Positions 26,691-34,179 of a stretch of DNA of 64,000 bases are shown in pieces. The DNA lies in the IMG/VR virus record IMGVR_UViG_3300045988_125846, positions 64,001 to 128,000 of that record; one strand, written 5' to 3'. A program made the position numbers and the translations under genes. The first letter of the stretch is position 1. Each line of letters starts with the position of its first letter. The notes beneath the pieces were generated by a model. That model did not search any database. It saw only the letters and a program-made list of their open reading frames with translations, and was not told the DNA's origin. The DNA comes from a virus.

Positions 26691-27629
26691 TTAAATTGCC
26701 TTTACCCTTGAAGATTTCTTAGTAGTCTTTGTAGTTCTCTTCTTCTCTGTAAACGGACTTTCCATTTCGTAGCGAACAATTTCGGACAGATAATCAAAAA
26801 TCTGTGCCTGTGTTTTATTCATAATATTCTCTACAAAATATTCAGTTCCCTTACAATGTTCAAGTAAAGCAGCTTCCATTTCGTCTGTTCTTCCGTCTGT
26901 GTAAGCATATAATGCTTTTAAAGCACGAATAATTTTCGCTGTATATGCTTTCCCATTATACGAATCTGCATATCCATTCCATCCGAGATTTCCAAGCAGT
27001 TTCAGCATAGAATCAAGAAGATTTACGTTTGTCTGCACAAGATGAATACCGTCTGAAATTGATGTAAGAGTTCCAACGGTATTTGTTGTATCATCATCTC
27101 CTTTTACTGCAACATTATTCTTATGACAAATTTCCTGTAATTTTACATAATCTCCCTTACCACCTGCAATAGCAGCCTTGTAAATATCCATAGGTTGCAT
27201 TTTTACTCTATCCTGTGACTGGTTAATAAACAAATCAATCGCTTCCTCAAGAGAACATTCCATAATTTCAACAACTACAGAATCCATTTTCGCTTTGAAT
27301 GCTCCATAAATTCTGTGCTGACCATCAATAACCCATAATCTTCCTTTGTAAAATAATACCTTCGGAACATCCCATTTGTACTTGTTATATGCATTACCGA
27401 TTGTGTATGCTCTTGCAAGTTTTAATCTTCTCTGCCATTCAGGAATGTGGATATACATTGGATCTACTACAAGCTGAAGCTTATCTCCAACCATACTGTT
27501 TCGTTTTGCGTCCTTAATCATCCGTGAAATATAATCCGTTTCCATTTTGCCGGTAAATCCTTCTGCGTTCCGTGCTTCCTGCATTTCCATTTCTGCTTCT
27601 TTTGCTGTTAAATAAACTCTCTTACACAT
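26691..27629 (-). CDS. ParB/Srx-fold protein with a DGQHR motif (DndB/DUF262-like)
   Basis: 312 aa with IPEWQRR..(35 aa)..LWVIDGQHRIYGAF. Confidence 0.6.
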   Translation of the reverse strand: MCKRVYLTAKEAEMEMQEARNAEGFTGKMETDYISRMIKDAKRNSMVGDKLQLVVDPMYIHIPEWQRRLKLARAYTIGNAYNKYKWDVPKVLFYKGRLWVIDGQHRIYGAFKAKMDSVVVEIMECSLEEAIDLFINQSQDRVKMQPMDIYKAAIAGGKGDYVKLQEICHKNNVAVKGDDDTTNTVGTLTSISDGIHLVQTNVNLLDSMLKLLGNLGWNGYADSYNGKAYTAKIIRALKALYAYTDGRTDEMEAALLEHCKGTEYFVENIMNKTQAQIFDYLSEIVRYEMESPFTEKKRTTKTTKKSSRVKAI

Positions 27630-27673
27630 AATTGCGTCCTCCTAGTAGTTTTTTGCATTAAAATAGCGACTAC

Positions 27674-27811
27674 TTATTTCGCAGTCGCTTTGATTTCTCT
27701 TGCCTTTACCATTGCATTATTCATTTCAATACAAATTCCATGACAAATTCTCCTGTCTCCACATCGCTTGCATAGTGAAACGAACAATGTTTCCTTAATT
27801 TCCTTTGCCAT
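27674..27811 (-). CDS. hypothetical small Cys protein
   Basis: 45 aa (MAKEIKETLFVSLCKRCGDRRICHGICIEM..), followed by the inverted repeat AGCGACT/AGTCGCT. Confidence 0.35.
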   Translation of the reverse strand: MAKEIKETLFVSLCKRCGDRRICHGICIEMNNAMVKAREIKATAK

Positions 27812-27925
27812 TTAGACCTCTTCTCTCTCTAAAAGTGTTTCGTAATATTGGCTTTCGCTTTCAAAAAGCTGGTATTTTCCATTGATCCAACCCATATAAC
27901 CATCCGGTACTTCATATCCTTTCAT

Positions 27926-28084
27926 TTATTTTTTCGCCTCTCTTTCTGTTCTCCTTGCTAAATTATTTTCGCTATCTGGGCAAATTCCCATAGCTAATAA
28001 TGCGTCTTTCGCTGTGCATCCTGTAATAATCGCATAGAATAATGCGTCCCATGGTGCTTGATTATCCCGTAATGTTCTTGCCAT
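27926..28084 (-). CDS. hypothetical protein
   Basis: Start moved to MARTLRDNQ (GGGAGAG RBS). Confidence 0.45.
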   Translation of the reverse strand: MARTLRDNQAPWDALFYAIITGCTAKDALLAMGICPDSENNLARRTEREAKK

Positions 28085-28101
28085 GATTTTCACTCTCCCT
28101 T

Positions 28102-28278
28102 CTATAACAGTCCACATGCGGCTAATAATTTCTTTGCAAATGGATGCTTGTTTGCTTCCAATTTGCGTTTCAACTCTCTGTTGTAACGCTCCTCAAAATA
28201 ATCACGCTCTGATTGTGCGATTTCTGCTTCTGGACGATTATCAATAACATCATAACCATCCTTAATGATAATTATCAT
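28102..28278 (-). CDS. hypothetical small protein
   Basis: 58 aa ORF below the track cutoff (MIIIIKDGYDVIDNRPEAEIAQSERDYFEERYN..). GGAGGAG RBS. Confidence 0.45.
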   Translation of the reverse strand: MIIIIKDGYDVIDNRPEAEIAQSERDYFEERYNRELKRKLEANKHPFAKKLLAACGLL

Positions 28279-28303
28279 TTGACTTTTCTCCTCCTTTTGT
28301 GCA

Positions 28304-28477
28304 TTAAAAAAGCGATGCTAACGTCTGCGCTAACATCGCTTTACTCATGTTGTTGGTTTTGATACCATGGTTTCGTTTTACTTCTGCCCGGACTGAATAG
28401 ATCCGTGGTGGTCTGCTTGCTTTTGCAATTTCATAATCACAATAAGCATTGTGAATTTGTTTTGCTTTCTCTGACAT
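28304..28477 (-). CDS. hypothetical small protein
   Basis: 57 aa ORF below the track cutoff (MSEKAKQIHNAYCDYEIAKASRPPRIYSVRAEV..). GGAGGAA RBS. Confidence 0.45.
   Translation of the reverse strand: MSEKAKQIHNAYCDYEIAKASRPPRIYSVRAEVKRNHGIKTNNMSKAMLAQTLASLF
28305..28342 (-). terminator. intrinsic terminator
   Basis: On the minus strand, a roughly 12 bp stem (GCGATGTTAGCG..CGTTAGCATCGC, with G-U pairs) is followed by TTTTTT. Confidence 0.55.
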
Positions 28478-28496
28478 GGTGATTCCTCCTTATTAT

Positions 28497-28994
28497 TTAC
28501 CACTCTGCACCGCTATATCTGACCTGTAAGATAATATCATCGGTTATCTTTTCTGTTCCGTTACTATCCATGAGCATAGATACTACATCTTCATCTTCAT
28601 AGTCTTCACAGCCACGAAATTTCCATTTGTTTCCGCTATAATCCTGTACAGTGACAACGTTTTGCTTTTTGTTTGCCCTTATTACTTTCGCTGTCAAAGG
28701 ATATGTTTTGTTTTCATCTAAATCTTTAAGATGCGGAAGTTTCTCACAGATTTTTGAATACGAATATCCATCTGCCTTATTGAACTGCTTTGTTGTATCG
28801 CCAAGCTCAAAGCAGAGATATCCATATTTGTCATAGAAATAACCAGCAATGTCACAGATTGGGATTGCATTTGTTACACTGATCTGCTTTGGAGTTGAGG
28901 CATTGACTGTTTGCGTTTGTTGCATTGTGCCTACTGTGTAGGATGTAAGGATTGTTGCTGTTGTAAGAATGAGTGATAATAATTTCTTTTTCAT
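28497..28994 (-). CDS. secreted protein (signal peptide)
   Basis: Start moved to MKKKLLSLILTTATILTSYTVG..VNAS (AAGGAGAA RBS). Confidence 0.6.
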   Translation of the reverse strand: MKKKLLSLILTTATILTSYTVGTMQQTQTVNASTPKQISVTNAIPICDIAGYFYDKYGYLCFELGDTTKQFNKADGYSYSKICEKLPHLKDLDENKTYPLTAKVIRANKKQNVVTVQDYSGNKWKFRGCEDYEDEDVVSMLMDSNGTEKITDDIILQVRYSGAEW

Positions 28995-29084
28995 ATTTGT
29001 TCTCCTTTTCTGATTGTTTTTGGGTATAAAAAATAGCACCCGGAAATTGGGTGCTTGATTGGTGCTGTGGTTATATTTGACGCA

Positions 29085-29375
29085 TTATTTGCCTTGTAAT
29101 TGCTTTTTCTTTGCCTCAAGTTCTGCTATTTGTTGCTCTATTGAGGCAATTGCTTCGTTTGCCTTGTTATATTTTTCATCTGGTATCCATTCCATAATTT
29201 CCCCTGGTTGGACTTGGAGATATTCGCAGATACGATTTAATGTATCTGTTTTAAATACTTCATTTTTACTTATTTTAGACACAACATTAGTGCTAATTCC
29301 TGTATCTTTACATAGTTGTGTTTTTGTTATTTTGCGTTCGCTTAAAAGTGTATCAAGTTTATAATATACTATCAT
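29085..29375 (-). CDS. XRE-family helix-turn-helix regulator
   Basis: ITKTQLCKDTGISTNVVSKISKNE is an HTH, followed by a coiled-coil tail. Confidence 0.7.
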   Translation of the reverse strand: MIVYYKLDTLLSERKITKTQLCKDTGISTNVVSKISKNEVFKTDTLNRICEYLQVQPGEIMEWIPDEKYNKANEAIASIEQQIAELEAKKKQLQGK

Positions 29376-29403
29376 ATAATTTTCGCCTCCTTTTATATAT
29401 TCA

Positions 29404-29432
29404 AAGATAGCATATTATTTGACTTTTTTCAA
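29404..29432 (-). promoter_or_regulatory. promoter (TTGAAA-17-TATCTT) with a flanking 7 bp inverted repeat
   Basis: rc reads TTGAAAaaagtcaaataatatgcTATCTT. The repeat GATAGCA (29406-29412) / TGCTATC (29434-29440) brackets it. Confidence 0.4.
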
Positions 29433-29444
29433 GTGCTATCATTT

Positions 29445-29612
29445 TTATTTACCATATGTCAATGCATATGGTTTTGCCTTGAACCATTTACGTATATTGT
29501 CAGTAAGTCCCCATGAAGTTTGTGCAAAGTCGTTTTGATCGTTTAGCACTTCTTTCATTGCTTCTTTTTTCGCTTTTGCATGTTTAATTGCCATGCTTCT
29601 ATCTTTTCCCAT
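29445..29612 (-). CDS. hypothetical protein
   Basis: Start moved to MGKDRSMAIKH (AAGGAGGA RBS). Confidence 0.5.
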   Translation of the reverse strand: MGKDRSMAIKHAKAKKEAMKEVLNDQNDFAQTSWGLTDNIRKWFKAKPYALTYGK

Positions 29613-29629
29613 GATTTTATCCTCCTTTT

Positions 29630-29857
29630 TTAGAATCTCCAATGATGCTTGAATTTATCAGGTATAGCAGTTGCAGTTACAGTTCTACCCCAGCAGTCGG
29701 AAATTTTCCCTTCCATTAGACAACCAAACTCATTTGCAGAGTTTGACAGTGTTACTAGCTGAGAAGTAACGGAGCAAATTTCATCTCCGAAAAGCTCAGA
29801 GTTGGCTGTGAGCTGATTTGCAAGTGCATGGATTTCATTTTTTCTGAATTTCAACAT
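29630..29857 (-). CDS. hypothetical protein
   Basis: Start moved to MLKFRKNEI (AAGGAGGG RBS). Confidence 0.5.
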   Translation of the reverse strand: MLKFRKNEIHALANQLTANSELFGDEICSVTSQLVTLSNSANEFGCLMEGKISDCWGRTVTATAIPDKFKHHWRF

Positions 29858-29892
29858 GTCAATTCCCTCCTTAATTTTAAAAATGCACACTA

Positions 29893-29920
29893 TAAAAAGG
29901 GCAAAGTATTTGCCTTGCCC
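29893..29920 (-). terminator. intrinsic terminator after the 222 aa ORF
   Basis: Minus strand: GGGCAA-ggcaaatact-TTGCCC followed by TTTTTAT. Confidence 0.6.
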
Positions 29921-29949
29921 TCTCTAACTATGCATTTTATGGTTGCATA

Positions 29950-30618
29950 CTATTTGTTGTTTTTCTTAGATTTTTTTGTGTACTTGTCAGTTAATACGCT
30001 AGGAATATCGGCAGGTTTAATAGTTCCTGCTTCTACCATCCACTCAAAGCCTACACCGTAAAGGTTTTTAAGCGCATTTGTTACGTCATACTTGAGAGCC
30101 TTTGTACCGTTAGACTTTACAACGGTTTTCGTGTCAATCTTCTTACCGATTGATTCCAGAACGGCAGTTTCAAATGTTGTACCTGCTACATCAAGTTTGT
30201 AAACTTTGTAGAAGTTCTCTACTGCTGTCTTGACATCTTCTAAGCACTTAGCATCTTTCATAGCTTTGCGGAATTTTTTGTCGTGTTCGTTGTATTCAAA
30301 AGAAGCTTGTTCTTTGAGCAACTTATCCCACTCAACCTTTAAGCCTTCATTGATAGTTACATAATTAGTACGCATCCGGTTCAGATCCTCAACTGTAATG
30401 TCAAGATTTCCCGAACCTTTTTCGAGCATGTCGTCAATGGCTGCAATACTGTTATTATTAGCATCAATTTTTGAGCCATAGATTGTATTCAGTTCGGCTT
30501 TTTTGATGATGCAACGGAAAAATTCAGAAGTCCGTGTTGATAATGTGCGTGCTGACTGGAAAAAGTCAACTTTAGTGTTGTTTGTTGCTACTGTTGTGTT
30601 AGTTGTTGTTTTACTCAT
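29950..30618 (-). CDS. hypothetical protein, the only ORF of a monocistronic unit driven by three strong promoters
   Basis: 222 aa, GGAGAAAGAG RBS, T/N-rich N-terminus and K-rich C-terminus. Bounded by a long leader and its own terminator. Confidence 0.65.
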   Translation of the reverse strand: MSKTTTNTTVATNNTKVDFFQSARTLSTRTSEFFRCIIKKAELNTIYGSKIDANNNSIAAIDDMLEKGSGNLDITVEDLNRMRTNYVTINEGLKVEWDKLLKEQASFEYNEHDKKFRKAMKDAKCLEDVKTAVENFYKVYKLDVAGTTFETAVLESIGKKIDTKTVVKSNGTKALKYDVTNALKNLYGVGFEWMVEAGTIKPADIPSVLTDKYTKKSKKNNK

Positions 30619-31193
30619 AATGTTCTCTTTCTCCGACTTGACGCAATCGGTGCTATGTATTTTTATTGTGTACGTTGTTATCCTCAGCTTTTAACAGACT
30701 TGGAACTGTCAATCTTTGCAGACTGGTAGCTTTATAACGTCCTCCTCACCTTACCTAGTGCACCTCACACCGTTGTACTTTCGTACGCCCCTAAAGAGTA
30801 TTCATGCTTAGTCTTGAGCATTCATGACCTCTAACCCCTTTAGGATATAGATACAGACCTCAATATTCAATTCCTACGAGTTGGGGAACGTAGGCACTCT
30901 ATTTTCACCCCGAATTGCAATGCAAATAGTTAGAATACAAGCCGTAACTTATTTTCGTAGTGTGGTTTGTGCCGTAACACTTGCCACCTATCCGCAAAGG
31001 CATTTTTAAAGATATGCAAACTTTTTGTGGAATTTTTGCATGAAATATGCTAAGATATGTAATGCTATGGTGTAGCGTTTCATGCGTTCCACTATGTAAG
31101 GGTGTAAGGTGTGATAGACTTTGCACCCTATTTATAGGTTGCTACCCTATATATAAGCTATAAGTTTGAACATTTAAGTCAATCGCTTGACTT
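30619..31193 (-). ncRNA. long structured 5' leader or non-coding RNA
   Basis: No credible ORF and visibly higher GC than the flanks. It contains many helices; the individual helices and their coordinates are listed in the finding for 30619-31193. Confidence 0.4.
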
Positions 31194-31199
31194 GTTTAA

Positions 31200-31228
31200 A
31201 GTATATCATGTTACTTGTCTGTTGTCAA
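31200..31228 (-). promoter_or_regulatory. strong leftward promoter P1 (TTGACA-17-TATACT, extended -10 TGa)
   Basis: rc reads TTGACAacagacaagtaacaTGaTATACT, followed by the conserved AAGTCAAG around +1. Confidence 0.65.
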
Positions 31229-31301
31229 GTATTATTTTAGGATTGCTTGCAAAGAAGTTTAAAGTCTTGTTACTTCCTAATTATTCACTTGACTTAATAC
31301 A

Positions 31302-31330
31302 AGTATATCAGATATTCTTTTGCTTGTCAA
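31302..31330 (-). promoter_or_regulatory. strong leftward promoter P2 (TTGACA-17-TATACT, extended -10 TGa)
   Basis: rc reads TTGACAagcaaaagaatatcTGaTATACT, followed by AAGTCAAG. Confidence 0.65.
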
Positions 31331-31380
31331 GAGTCAATCTCTAATTTCTTAAAAATTGTTTGTTCTCTTGACTTGATTAT

Positions 31381-31409
31381 ATACTATCACATGAATTGTC
31401 TAAAGTCAA
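31381..31409 (-). promoter_or_regulatory. leftward promoter P3 (TTGACT-17-TAGTAT, extended -10 TGa)
   Basis: rc reads TTGACTttagacaattcatgTGaTAGTAT, followed by AAGTCAAG. Confidence 0.55.
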
Positions 31410-31610
31410 GTATTATTTTTCAAAAAATACGATAAATTATAATACAAACATATGTTCTACTTGGATAATCCAGATCTGATTTTATAGAACGTTTGTTCTA
31501 TCCAAAAACAATGTATAATATATATCTATTATCCACTGTTTTTGCCTAACCCGGGGTAGTTAAAACTAATTAGATGGGCTGGAAATGTAGTAAACCTTAT
31601 AGCTGATTCA

Positions 31611-31830
31611 TCCACACACCAACTCAAAAATCTAACCCTTCCCAATATTCAAAATCCCAACAAAATCAAGCAAAATCCAAAATTTCACCCTTCAAACCAC
31701 TTATCGTACCCCATATCGTCAAATTCCACTAAAATCAAGCATTTCAGCCACTTCAACCCCAAAAAATTAAATTCCTATCTCACCAAAAATTCACCCATAA
31801 TTTCAAAATTATCCTTATTTATAAGCACTT
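31611..31830 (+). other. G-depleted, C/A-rich tract with phased A-runs
   Basis: By direct count only a handful of G occur in about 220 nt of the plus strand. Repeats AAAATCAAGCA (x2) and TTCACCC (x2). No ORF. Confidence 0.5.
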
Positions 31831-31946
31831 TTGCCGATAACGATTTTTCCATCAAAAGTCACACTCAAGAATCTCAACATATGGGGGTATTAAAACCTTC
31901 GCACAAATCACCTTTTAAATAGAGATATCCATATATAAAACAGCAA

Positions 31947-31976
31947 TAAAAAGGACTATAGCCAAAGCCATAGTCC
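31947..31976 (-). terminator. intrinsic terminator after the Big_2 gene
   Basis: Minus strand: GGACTAT-ggctttggct-ATAGTCC followed by TTTTTATTG. Confidence 0.6.
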
Positions 31977-32003
31977 AATAAACAAATATTCAACAATATA
32001 CAA

Positions 32004-32879
32004 CTAATATAAATAAATTTCAATTCTCTCAATATCATATTTTTCTTTCATATCCAATAAATAACGATCAGATATTTTTATTTTTTCACATGCTGGTATT
32101 TTATTTGTTTTTATACTATAAGAAGTATTTATGCAAATTGGTTTATTATCGCTATTGTAATACAATATAGAGCATAATGCTAATTGATTACGATTTGAAT
32201 TATTACTAAATATAATATCTCTATATTCAAAGTTTCCATTAGTATATGGATTAGATACGCTATACTCTATATCTATAGGATCGGCTCTATAAACATTGCT
32301 TAAGTTTATTCTTGTATATTCATCATATGATATTGGAATAATAATATACCTGTTAGAATTTACAACACCTCTAATTTCACCACTTCCAATATAAAATCCG
32401 TCTTTATCGTAACGTTTACATTTAATTCTAGCTTCAACAGTAATATCATTGTTATTTATTATCTTAATAGCATTAGTATTATTTCTATTAAAATCTTTGT
32501 TTTCAGGAATATCAATCAACTCATAACTTACATGATCTTTTAAAGCATCCTTAACAGTAACCTTACAAACATAATTTTTATCATTATATTTTGCGGTTAT
32601 TTTAACAGAACCAGGTTTTAATGCTTCTATATGCCCATAATTAGTAACTTTCACAACATTTTTATTAGAAGAAGACCATCTGGCAGAATATATTTCAGTT
32701 TTCCCTTCATATATTTTCAAATTTTTTACTTCTCCAGCATACAAAGTAATTTTTGTATAATTCAATTTAACCTTCTTGGCAGCATAGGTATTTTGTGGTG
32801 CTAATTGAATAATGGTAATAGTCATTACAACACATAACACAAAACTAAATACCCTCTTTAATCTCTTTGATTTCTTCAT
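32004..32879 (-). CDS. secreted protein with a bacterial Ig-like (Big_2) domain
   Basis: Signal peptide MKKSKRLKRVFSFVLCVVMTITIIQLAPQNTYA. LYAGEVKNLKI..ARWSSSNKNVVKVTNYGHIEALKPGSVKITAKY matches the Big_2 pattern. Confidence 0.7.
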   Translation of the reverse strand: MKKSKRLKRVFSFVLCVVMTITIIQLAPQNTYAAKKVKLNYTKITLYAGEVKNLKIYEGKTEIYSARWSSSNKNVVKVTNYGHIEALKPGSVKITAKYNDKNYVCKVTVKDALKDHVSYELIDIPENKDFNRNNTNAIKIINNNDITVEARIKCKRYDKDGFYIGSGEIRGVVNSNRYIIIPISYDEYTRINLSNVYRADPIDIEYSVSNPYTNGNFEYRDIIFSNNSNRNQLALCSILYYNSDNKPICINTSYSIKTNKIPACEKIKISDRYLLDMKEKYDIERIEIYLY

Positions 32880-32913
32880 AAATAAAAACCTCCTATATAA
32901 AATATTTGATTTA

Positions 32914-32942
32914 ATTGTACTCTTATATAAAAAGAATTACAA
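32914..32942 (-). promoter_or_regulatory. promoter (TTGTAA-17-TACAAT) for the Big_2 gene
   Basis: rc reads TTGTAAttctttttatataagagTACAAT. Confidence 0.4.
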
Positions 32943-33234
32943 TAAGTATGTTTCAATATAAATGTTTTCATAAAATAAAATCTCACTAATATAATTCCTC
33001 AAAAATATTATATATCATTCTAACGTATTTAAAAGCCGAAATAAGGCTTTTTAATTTTTACCCCAACAAGTTATCATAAAAGCAATAAAAAACATTTCTA
33101 GGGCTATTCTACGCTGTCAAAAATGCATCTACTTAAGTTACTCATTGTAGATTTTTACCAAAATTATTTTCAGTACAAAACATTATTTTATACATAATTG
33201 CCAAATTATACATCAGATAATGTGCGTAGCACAA

Positions 33235-33290
33235 GATGTAGTCCCTTGATAGGGACGGTCTTTTCGCAGCGTTAGCAAGAAAAGAACATC
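33235..33290 (+). other. three-way-junction-like structured element
   Basis: GATGT-a-[GTCCCT tgat AGGGAC]-gg-[TCTTTTC..13 nt..GAAAAGA]-ACATC, preceded by the hairpin GTGC-gta-GCAC (33222-33232). Confidence 0.35.
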
Positions 33291-33376
33291 TCTAGGGTAG
33301 ACATATATAAAATAAACCAATAAATAGCAATCCTAACAGAGAATAATATATTATCAATCAAGAAAGGAATTATATC

Positions 33377-33793
33377 ATGAACAATACAAACAATATAACC
33401 AATTCAGAGACACCAAAGTACCTCAAACATAAAGAAAGTAATATATCCAAAGCAAAGAAGAAATCTAAGCATAAACATCAATATGAAGAATGTTTAATTC
33501 AATACAGATGGAATTTTAAAAGTAATGTATTTACACAAGAAGAAAAAGATAAAATTTACACATCATTGAGCAGTTACTGTGCCGTATGCGGAAAAATCAA
33601 AGGATATTTGCAAAACGGAAAATATCATACTGAGATTGAAGAATTACAAAAAGAAAGACAAAAATGGAAACCGTATTGGGTTGGAATACCAGACGAAGAA
33701 ATATATGAAAGATATCATGATAAATTACCAGTATTCTTTGTAGAGGATTATTGGAAAGACAGCTATGTGAATTTGGATGAGAATAAAAAATAG
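33377..33793 (+). CDS. hypothetical protein
   Basis: 138 aa, AAAGGAA RBS, basic N-terminus, one CxxC. Flanked by GC-rich hairpin islands. Confidence 0.6.
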   Translation: MNNTNNITNSETPKYLKHKESNISKAKKKSKHKHQYEECLIQYRWNFKSNVFTQEEKDKIYTSLSSYCAVCGKIKGYLQNGKYHTEIEELQKERQKWKPYWVGIPDEEIYERYHDKLPVFFVEDYWKDSYVNLDENKK

Positions 33794-33909
33794 AAAAGAG
33801 AATAATCATATATGTACACTTCATTGCCTACGGCGTTGTTGGTCAATCGCTTCTTACGAAGCTCATGCCCTTGTGTCCTGCTTACGCAGTCCACAAATAT
33901 AAGAATTTT

Positions 33910-34057
33910 AATTTTAGAACTTTTATTATATCTTTTATAAGGGATAGCCCTAAAAACCCTTGATTTATAAGGCTTTTTTTTCAATTTTAGAACTTTTGCA
34001 AATTTGGCATATTTTTGCAAAAACTTCAAAAACCCTTAATTTATAAGGGAAAAATCC
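33910..34057. repeat. about 74 bp tandem repeat (2 full units plus a partial third)
   Basis: AATTTTAGAACTTTT at 33910 and 33983 (AAGAACTTATTTT at 34058). AAAAACCCTTgATTTATAAGG at 33952 and AAAAACCCTTaATTTATAAGGG at 34029. TTTTGCAAA occurs twice in unit 2. Confidence 0.6.
33952..33981. terminator. bidirectional terminator-like hairpin
   Basis: AAAAA-CCTT-gatttat-AAGG-cTTTTTTTT. The stem is short and weak. Confidence 0.35.
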
Positions 34058-34179
34058 AAGAACTTATTTTTTGAAAATGGTGTTAAAATTTTATGCCAAG
34101 CCAAACGGCAGTTGGAGGGATTTTTGTCGTTAAGTGGAGAATATAGTTATATACAAGTATTTAGAAAGGAGATTTTATA

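Noticed and set aside
30905-31126. 73 aa minus-strand ORF in the long leader
   Set aside because: It has a GTG start without a Shine-Dalgarno sequence and a His/Leu/Ser/Thr-rich, non-protein-like sequence. It overlaps the helices of the structured leader.
31186-31374. Reading CTTGACTT on the plus strand as the -35 boxes of rightward promoters
   Set aside because: No acceptable -10 hexamer lies 16-18 nt downstream on the plus strand in any of the three units. The minus strand gives TTGACA-17-TATACT with a TG extension in all three.
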